This document shows positions 54,381 to 64,000 of a DNA stretch of 64,000 nucleotides, one piece after another. The notes beneath the pieces are model-generated. The model saw nothing but the letters and a program-made list of their open reading frames with translations. It was not told where the DNA came from and searched no databases. Numbering within the stretch: the stretch's first letter is position 1; every line of letters starts with the position of its first letter. Location of the stretch: contig OX597821.1 in the NCBI GenBank assembly GCA_951406725.2, forward strand, positions 109,120,001 through 109,184,000, given 5' to 3'. Both the position numbers and the translations under genes were made by a program. Origin of the DNA: Octopus vulgaris. Its lineage: Eukaryota.

Positions 54381-54430
54381 TGGTTGTCAAGCGATGGTTG
54401 GGGACAAACACAAACACACAAACATATACA

Positions 54431-54486
<56 letters not shown>

Positions 54487-54700
54487 AGTTTGTATTTTTA
54501 TACATAAAATAATATATATATATATATATATATGCATGTCTATATATGACGGGCTTATTTTAGTTTCCGTCTACCAAATCCACTCACAAGGGTTTGGTAT
54601 GCACGAGGCTACAGTAGAAGAAACTCGCCCAAGGTGCTAGGCCGTTGGACTGACCCCATTACCATGTGGTTGCGAAGCGAGCTTCTTACCACACAGCCAT
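54380..54700 (-). mobile_element. SINE family 2 copy abutting the Tc1 remnant
   Basis: GGTTGTCAAGCGATGG..CAAATCCACTCACAAGG..CTTACCACACAGCC. Confidence 0.8.
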
Positions 54701-54725
54701 TGCTGTTTATATATATACACACACC

Positions 54726-54776
<51 letters not shown>

Positions 54777-55371
54777 AGATTAACAGAAGTGATTGAAACA
54801 TTGAGATAGATTGACAGATCGATTGATCGATAAATTGATACACATCTATGTATGTACACATATATAGAAGTAAACACATACATATGCATACATATGCACA
54901 CACATATAGATGCACACTCATACACATATCTATATATTTTAATATTTTGTTGCTTTATATTTTTCGTCGCATTGTTCCTATTCAATAACGCCAAAAGCCA
55001 AAAATGTTATTGATATTCCACTGTGACCACACTTAACAAGCTACGTGCTGCATCAGTCAATAAGCAACAAGCACAAGCTACCATCACACAATGACAACTG
55101 ACTCATAATAATTATTTCATACAATACCTCCAGGCTACATAATTATGAAAGCAAGTGACGTTGATGGTATTTATTTTGTAAGTTTATCATTATATGCTTT
55201 ATCGTGAGTAGTTTTAGATTTGACAATGTAGTTTCTTGAAATCATTAAAAAAAAACTGCCTTTTGTCTTTTGTGTTTAGTTATTGGACTGCGGTCTTGCT
55301 GGAGCACTGCGTTGAAGGGCTTTAGTCGAACGAATCCCCCCCTCCAGTACTTGAAAAATATATGTATATAA

Positions 55372-55471
<100 letters not shown>

Positions 55472-55633
55472 TGCTTATACTTACGTGTTTGTAAAGAAAC
55501 AAACGCTGGTTGCCAAGCGGTAGTGAAGCGCAAGAACAAACACAAAGACACGCATACACACGATCATATACATACACCTACCTACCTACATGCATACATA
55601 CATGTATATATCTATGTCTGTCTATCTATCTAT

Positions 55634-55676
<43 letters not shown>

Positions 55677-55907
55677 AATTGATGTATATACATATACATA
55701 AGTATATATATACATATATATATATGTATGTATATGTAGGTATATATACATATAGGTGTATATATATATATATATATATACAAATACATACATATACACA
55801 GGTACATATACATATATATATATATATGTATGTATATATACATATATATGCACATACATACACATATATATGTATATATAGATATATACCTATGCATATT
55901 ACTATAC

Positions 55908-55958
<51 letters not shown>

Positions 55959-56308
55959 TATATACATATATATACATATGAATATATATATATATATGTG
56001 TTTGCGTGTGTGAAAAAATGAAAGGGGTACAATGGACTTGCCGTAAGGAGTGGAATATATTCTATGGGGTCGGGTACTGAAAACTTCTGTTTTTCTAGGC
56101 CTCGTAAATGAACGTAAAGCAGGCCTTTACCAATACCCTTAAAGCCAGGAACATTTCAGCATTCCTCGTTTATTCGACGGGATTCTTTCAGTTTCCGTGA
56201 CTAGTAGAAGATACATCCCCGAAGCGCCACGCAGTGGGACTGAACGCAAAACTGCATGATTGGGAAGCAAACTTCTTACGATTCAGCCATACCTAGTCAT
56301 ACATTTCA

Positions 56309-57239
56309 TGACACGAATGAGTCTGTGGATCACAAGATGGCGGTTGTTGATTTACCTGATAACTTGACTGGCTAGAATTAACAGCTAAATCGCTCTCTCT
56401 ATCTCTTTCTTGCTTTCTTTCTTTCTCTCTTTCTCTTTCTATCTCTCTCCCTCAAATCGCACCCTTCTGTCTTAGAAAGATATACATAGGCGCAGGATAG
56501 GCTGTGTGAAGTAGCTTGCTTACCAACCGCATGGTTCTGGGTTCAGTCCCACTGCGTGGCACCTTGAGCAAATGTCTTCTACTACAGCCTCGGATTGACC
56601 AAATCATTGTGAGTGGATTTGGTAGACAGAAACTGAAAGAATCCCGTCGTATATATGTATTTATGCATATATATATGTATGTATGTATGTGTGTATATGT
56701 TTGTGTGTCTGCGTTTATCCCCCAACATCGCTTGGTGTGTTTCTGTCCCCGTGGTCTGGCGGTTCGGCAGAAGAGACTGATAGAATAAGTACCAGGCTTA
56801 GAAAGAATACGTCATGGGATCGATTTCTTCGACTAAAGGCGGTGCTCCAGCATGGCCGCAGTCAAATGACTCAAACAAGTAAATGAGTAAAAGAGTAAAT
56901 GAATATTTTCTCAGATTGTGTCCCGAGATTTCCTGCGAGGAGCTAAGAAGAAAGATAGTGTTTGACCATCAATCTCCTCAACAACGGATCACACGAAGCT
57001 AAACGTTTACAATAAGCATTGCATGCTCTTATTTCGTTGTAAACTAGACTTCATATAGCATTAATTCTGATAGATCTCAATTATTAAAGGGATTCTTTGA
57101 CTCTGACTCTCTCTCTCTCTCTTTCTTGACACGAATGAGTCTGTGGATCACAAGATGGCGGTTGTTGATTTACCTGATAACTTGACTTGCTAGAATTAAC
57201 AGCTAAATCGCTCTCTCTCTCTCTCTTTCTTGCTTTCTT

Positions 57240-57260
<21 letters not shown>
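56309..57260 (+). repeat. Dispersed direct duplication of ~130 bp (56309-56440 and 57127-57260)
   Basis: TGACACGAATGAGTCTGTGGATCACAAGATGGCGG..GCTAAATCGCTCTCTCT present twice, with one substitution seen in the unique part. Confidence 0.9.
56488..56895 (+). mobile_element. Full-length SINE family 2
   Basis: GGCGCAGGATAGGCTGTGTG head through the CAAACAAGTAAA tail. Confidence 0.9.
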
Positions 57261-57306
<46 letters not shown>

Positions 57307-57390
57307 CGCTCTGTTTCACACTCTATCTGTCAATCTATTTATCTCCCTACATACCTGCCGGACTGTCTGTCTACCTATCTATCTATCCCT

Positions 57391-57426
<36 letters not shown>

Positions 57427-57438
57427 CCTATCTATCTC

Positions 57439-57547
<109 letters not shown>

Positions 57548-57566
57548 TTATCTACCTCTCTATTTA

Positions 57567-57676
<110 letters not shown>

Positions 57677-58001
57677 CATAATTACATGCATACATACATA
57701 CACGATGAAATACACATCCAAATATCCATCCATCCTTTCCTCACCAGACCTCAGTCCACTGGAGTATATAATGTACATACCTACCTGCCTACCTATCTAT
57801 TTATCTGTCTATCTATCTATCTATCTATCACAACCCACACAGATATACACTCCCGCTTATTCATCTCCTGCTGCTATACTCCCATATTCTATATGCGCCT
57901 GTGTATCTGTATGTGTACATATTTATATTTGAGGAAATAAAAGCTATACATCAATATATACATACATAATATGCATCATATATATGTATATTTATATATA
58001 T

Positions 58002-58078
<77 letters not shown>

Positions 58079-58274
58079 TACATATATATGAGAGTGTGTG
58101 TGTGTTTGCACGAGCATAAATCCAAGCACATATATTTACACAGAAAGATGCATTTATGTATGCAAACATGCACCTATATACATGCATACATATATATATA
58201 TATATATGAATATATGTATGTGTGCGTGTCTGTGTCTGTGCGTGGAGGGTGTATTTATGTGTGTGTAAGTGTGC

Positions 58275-58306
<32 letters not shown>

Positions 58307-58975
58307 GAGCGTGCGAGTCTGTCTGTTTGTCGTTTCCCATTCTCAATCCGTTCTTCTCCAAACCAGTTCTCTCTCAGAGAACAAAGCAATCAATATTTAC
58401 TCAAACAAGAATGTAACAATGTAGGTGGAAAGAAATCAATGGGACCCACCCACCCTCACCCCCACTCCATCACCTCCACCGCCATCGGCAACCACCACCA
58501 CCGACACCAAAAGCAACACCGCCGCCGCCTCCAGGTGAGGGCTTTGGCATCACTGCCAACCAACGCCACCTGCGGCACCATTTCCATCTCCACCATCACC
58601 ATCGGACTACACCGCCTACAATATCAGCACCAACACCACCACCAGCGATTCACACCACCTGCACCACCACCACTATCCGAAACACCACCATCACCATCAC
58701 CAGTACCTGAAACACCATCACCACCGCCACTACTTGAAACATCACCATCACCATCACCATCACCACCACCGCTCATACCATCAATATTAATATTATCTAT
58801 TTACATGCAGTCATATCGATGAGCGTGGTGGAATCGTTTGCACGCCGGACAAAGTGCTTAGCGGCATTTCTTTCGGCTTTACGTTCCAACTTCAAAATCC
58901 ACTATGGGCGACTATGCTATTCATCCCTTTTAGGATCGATAAAATATGTATCGATGGGGCACTGGAATCGATATA

Positions 58976-59070
58976 CAGTAATCCCTCGACTATCGCGGGT
59001 ATTACGTTCCAAAAAAACCCAGCGATAGGGGAAAATCCGCGATAAGTGAAAATCCGCGAAGTAGAGACTG
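58976..59070. mobile_element. Tiny Tigger/pogo-like MITE
   Basis: TA|CAGTAATCCCTCGACTATCGCGG...CCGCGAAGTAGAGACTG|TA, with imperfect TIRs and TA flanks. Confidence 0.6.
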
Positions 59071-59094
59071 TACAGTATTTTCCTTTTGTTTTTT

Positions 59095-59799
59095 TATTCT
59101 TTTTACATGTTTCAGTAATTTGACTGCAGCCATACTGGAGCACCGCCTTTTATTCGAACAAATCGACCCCAGGACTTATTCTTTGTAAGCCTAGTACTTA
59201 TTCTATCGGTCTCTTTTGCCGAACCGCTATATTACGGGGACCAGCTTCGGTTGTCAGGCGATGGTGAGGGGACAAACACAGACACACAAACATATACAAA
59301 CACACACACACACACACACACACACGTACACACACACACATATATATATATACATTTATATATACACGACGGGCTTCATTCAGTTTCCATCTACCAAATC
59401 CACTCACAAGGCTTTGGTCGGCCCGAGGCTATAGCAGAGGATACTCGCCAAAGGTGCCACACAGTGGGACTGAACCCAGAACCATGAGGCTGGTTAGCAA
59501 GCTACTTACCACACAGTGGTAAGTAGCTGTGCCTCTATATATATACTGTATATCTTTTATCATTCTAATTTTTATAATTTGCATTTCTTTTATTCTTGTA
59601 CTTGTTTCAGTCATTTGACTGCGGCCATGCTGCAGCACCGCTTTTAGTCGAACGAATCGAACGCAGGATTTATTTTTTGAAAACTTAGTATTTATTCTGT
59701 CGGACACATTTGCCGAACCGCTAATTTACGGGAACGTAAACCCACCAACATCGATTGTCAAGCGCTGGTGAGGGGACAAATACAGACACAGAAACACAC

Positions 59800-59856
<57 letters not shown>

Positions 59857-60114
59857 GTAAAGCTATCGAATATAGCGCCGATGACGGATATCAAACTACT
59901 TTTCTATGTTTGTGATCCAGAAACACGTGTTCGTTATTAACGGTAAGTGACTGTTTGCGTCTATTTGCTACTCCGGTTTTGTGTATGTGAGCCGCACGGG
60001 CCTTCGTTTTTGGATTCTCCACTTACAGAAAATGGAAAAAACAGTCTTTGACTGCCATTTCTAATTCCTTCGGTATGAGGCGAAACAGCCTGCTGCTAGC
60101 CATCTTATTTACTT

Positions 60115-60155
<41 letters not shown>

Positions 60156-60305
60156 CGACATTCTTCTTTCAGTTTCCATCAACGAAATCCACTCACAAGG
60201 TATAGGTCGGCCTGAGACACTTGCCCAAAGTTCCACGCAGTGGGACTGAACCCGGAACTATGTAGTTGAAAAGCAAGCTCCTTACCACCTAGACATTCCT
60301 GCGCC
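59095..60305 (-). mobile_element. SINE family 2 copies: 59095-59515 full; 59585-59790 and 60155-60305 halves separated at the internal (TA)n by ~260 bp of other sequence
   Basis: Consensus motifs. Confidence 0.75.
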
Positions 60306-60858
60306 TATTTATTTTACATACAGCAGAACCTCGATTTTTAAACAACTCTAATCATGAATAAATCGTGCTTGATCTCCTGTTTTTCTCATGTTCATTTGAT
60401 ACAGTAGTCCCACGGTTTACGAACGTCTCTCATCGCTAATAAATCGTGCTTTATACAAATCTATATCTAGAATTTTTTCTATTTTTATTCTATTGATATA
60501 CTATAAATAGAAAAATTCTTCTTTGTCTCCATTCAACCAAGAATAAAAAATCCCCTCCCACTGATAGGTCTAAATAACAAAGTGAACTTAGTGATAAAAT
60601 CAACGGACAGAGAATGAACATACTGCCATCATGTTCTTTTGATGAACTTAACCTCTCTGTCTATATCTCTACCCTCTTTGTAATGATGGCAAATGAAATA
60701 AGTATAAGAATGTGCATTGTCCGTTTAATTGAAAAATTCTATATGTGGCTGACGATTGCTCGACATTTTAAAACTGATGTAATACTTACAGGGTTTAATA
60801 AAATGAAGTAGCATAAACAGTTGTACTACTCTACCTTGGATATCCTTGTTGTTTATTT

Positions 60859-60908
<50 letters not shown>

Positions 60909-61429
60909 CGAAGTCGTGTCTTGTCCTTACCTTCAAAACGCGGAGTAGATGAAACAGGGACAACCGAAGAAGGGGAAAATTCTTTATGTTGCATGTCTCG
61001 TTTCTCTGGGGCTTTTTTAGTTGTTTGAAAAAAAGTTCGTTTCTATGTTTTTGTTTTTAAATTTTCGTTTCTCATTGCGTTCAACGTTTTTTTTTTTTTT
61101 TGATGTCCTGTATCCATGTGTGCATGTATATATACATATATATGTAAGTATGTACATATATGAATGTATATATGCATATATTTATATATTGTTTATATTA
61201 TATGATCGAACGCCACGCATCCTTTTCCAAGAATATACACATATATATATATATATATATGTATAGAGGAAGAGAGAGAGGGGGGGGGGCACGATTTATT
61301 CGGAATTAGAATTGCGCCAAATCCGAGGGTCTGCGGTGTTTACATTATTATAAATGCAAAAAAGAAATAAATTCACCTCTCGACTTTCGTTTTCCATATA
61401 GTATGTGCGATTCTTTATCTATTAATCTA

Positions 61430-61709
61430 CGGTACACTGCATACTTTCTTTTAATATATTTTAATTAATGTGTTATACAGTGCAGTACGGCACTGCATTT
61501 TTATTTATTAATTTGCTAGTTTTTTGGCCTGAAAATGCTTATTTTACCTCAGAAATAATTAAAATATAAAAGAATCTAGATACCTATCGGCCGCAGAAAC
61601 TCGAGCTATACTGAAGAGTCCGCGATATAAATTTACTTGTATTAACCAGAAAAATCAGCGATGTACTGAGTGCGCGATAGGTGAACCAGGATATGACAAC
61701 AGATTATTG
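61430..61709 (-). mobile_element. Tigger/pogo-like element end, homologous to 53286-53560
   Basis: GCGATGTACTGAGTGCGCGATAGGTGAACC is the reverse complement of GGTTCACCTATCGCACACTCAGTACATCGC. Confidence 0.75.
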
Positions 61710-61983
61710 TAGTCGATTCAGCCGCTCCCTGCCAAAATTACTAGCTTTCTGCCAAAATTTGTAGTCAATAAAATGACAGACTTCACAAGAGGGAATAGTC
61801 TCCCACTTCGACTAAGTGCAATGTTAGATAACATAGATTATGTTTTGTTTTTTGTTTTTGCTTTTTTTTTTGTAGTTTCCGGCTCTTGCTAAGTTCTAGG
61901 TCATTCTCGATTAAACCGTTCTGTGGGTAAAGTTGTTCTCTTCAAACACACACACACACATACACCCATATATATAGCTATAT

Positions 61984-62026
<43 letters not shown>

Positions 62027-62037
62027 CATACATACAT

Positions 62038-62095
<58 letters not shown>

Positions 62096-62112
62096 TACAT
62101 ACATACATACAT

Positions 62113-62169
<57 letters not shown>

Positions 62170-62551
62170 GTGTGTGTGCGTGCGCGTGTAAATTTTAATC
62201 AAGGATGACCTAGAATCACATAATAATGCTACCGGATAGTATTGGGTAATTCTGAGGGTGGATGACCTTTATATTGTACCCTGCCACGTTCCTAACGATA
62301 TATACCATAACTATATATATATATATATATCCTTTCGGGGTCGATGAGTTAAGTACCAGTTGCGTACTGTGGTCGATCTAATCGACTTGCCTTCCATTCT
62401 CAAAAGTTTCTGGCATTGTGCCTAGAATACAAAAGAATAACAAAACTAGGACGTACACATGGAATATATTAGTTTCACGCTCAGGAAAGGTGGGGAAAAA
62501 AGACTGGTTTATGGCTCTAAGTGTTTGTCTTGTCACTGAGTTTGCACAACA

Positions 62552-63140
62552 AGGCGGTGAGCTTAAAGAATCGTTAGCGCACCAGGCGAAATTCTTATCA
62601 GTATTCCGTCTGCTGCTACGTTCTTAGTTCAAATTCCGCCGAGGTCAACTTTGCCTTTCATCCTTTCGAGGTCGATTTATATAAGTACCAGTTACGCACT
62701 GGGGCCGATATAATCGACTTAATCCGTTTTTCTGCCCTTGTTTGTCTTCTCTGTGTTTAGCCCCTTGTGGGAAGTAAAAGAAATAGATATTTTGTCTGTT
62801 CTTACGTTCTGGGTTCAAATTCTGTCGAGGTTGACTTTGCCTTTCAGCCTTTCGAGGTCGATTTATATAAGTACCAGTTACGCCCTGGGGCCGATATAAT
62901 CGACTTAATCCGTTTTTCTGCCCTTGTTTGTCCTCTCTGTGTTTAGCCCCTTGTGGGAAGTAAAGAAATAGGTATTTTGTCTGTTCTTACGTCCTGGGTT
63001 AAAATTCTGTCGAGGTCAACTTTGCCTTCATCTTTTCGGGGTCGATGAATTAAGTACCAGTAAAACACTGGGGTCGATGTAATCGATTACCCCCCACTCC
63101 CCCCAAATTTCAGGCCCTTGTACCTATAGTAAAAAGGATT
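62552..63140 (+). mobile_element. SINE family 1 with three tandem internal units (~180 bp period)
   Basis: One head, then the core at ~62625, ~62810 and ~62995, then the tail AAAAAGGATT. Confidence 0.9.
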
Positions 63141-63882
63141 GCGTTTGCACAACTTTTTCTGTATCTCTGTCTAAATTTACATAAAAATCTATGTCAATTC
63201 TCCAACATTAGAGAGGGACAGATTCATTACAAGTCATCACTACGTAATAAATAGTGATGGCATGGCGGTGATATGTGTCGAGTGGACCCCTTCAGGGCTT
63301 ATACCCATTACTCTAGTATAGCCTTCAGTTCAATGAGTAGAACCAGTAACAGAATATACATACATGTGTATATATATATATATGTGTGTATGTGTTTATA
63401 TATATGTGTGTATGTATTGTGTGTTGTTGTTGTTGTGTTAACTTTGCATAGCACCTGTCTGTTAAACGGCCTAAAATGGATTTCTGTTAGTGTTAGAGAA
63501 AAGCACTTGTAGGCGGCAACCCGGAGTTTGGGTGCAGCGGTGTAGCTGGACTCAATAACTGACTATACATACATGTGTGTGTGTGCTTGTGTGTGTGCGT
63601 GTTTATTTTACTCAGCACCTGTTTGTTAAAACGGTCTGAGATGGATGTTTTAGTATACATCCGATTACGGTCCTCGCATGTGTTCCTTTGACATTTATGT
63701 CAGAACTAAGGAAACAGCTGTATCTTATTCTAAGTTCCTTTCATGTTGAAGGGTTTCTTGGCAGACCACCTCCCCCACTTTCCACCCGCTGACAAGGTTC
63801 TTTGTTTTTCTCTCTCTCTCTCTCTCACTCTTACTCTCACTCATTCACTCACTCTTATTTCTCACTCTTTCTCTCCCTCCCG

Positions 63883-63923
<41 letters not shown>

Positions 63924-64000
63924 CGCACCCTTCTTAGTTATCTTTTCTGCTTTTTTAAAGATGATGAAGAAGAAGAAGAAGAAGAAGAAGAAGAAAATTA

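Noticed and set aside
57715-57770. PSSPDLSPLEY Tc1-like motif
   Set aside because: Only ~50 nt between microsatellites, too short to call.

Overview
AT-rich, microsatellite-saturated animal DNA with no intact protein-coding gene. The SINE repertoire points to an octopus/coleoid cephalopod (inference). Almost all ORF-track entries are simple-repeat artefacts. The window holds dozens of tRNA-derived SINE copies (at least 3 families), decayed Tc1/mariner/maT and Tigger-like DNA transposons, R4/Dong-type LINE 3' ends confined to (TAA)n tracts, RTE LINE 3' ends, a Penelope GIY-YIG fragment and an intact MITE with an 8-bp TSD carrying TTAGGG repeats. The most notable signal, read by eye, is at least six minimal type-I hammerhead ribozyme motifs in short non-coding elements. 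One lies behind a tRNA-like Pol III head (34711-35060), one in the spacer of an apparently perfect 166-bp inverted repeat (14582-15020), one just downstream of the Penelope endonuclease (11912-11954), and others in two short repeat families inserted in (TA)n. This suggests a Penelope-associated, retrozyme-like family of self-cleaving RNA elements. Ribozyme activity and family assignments are untested.
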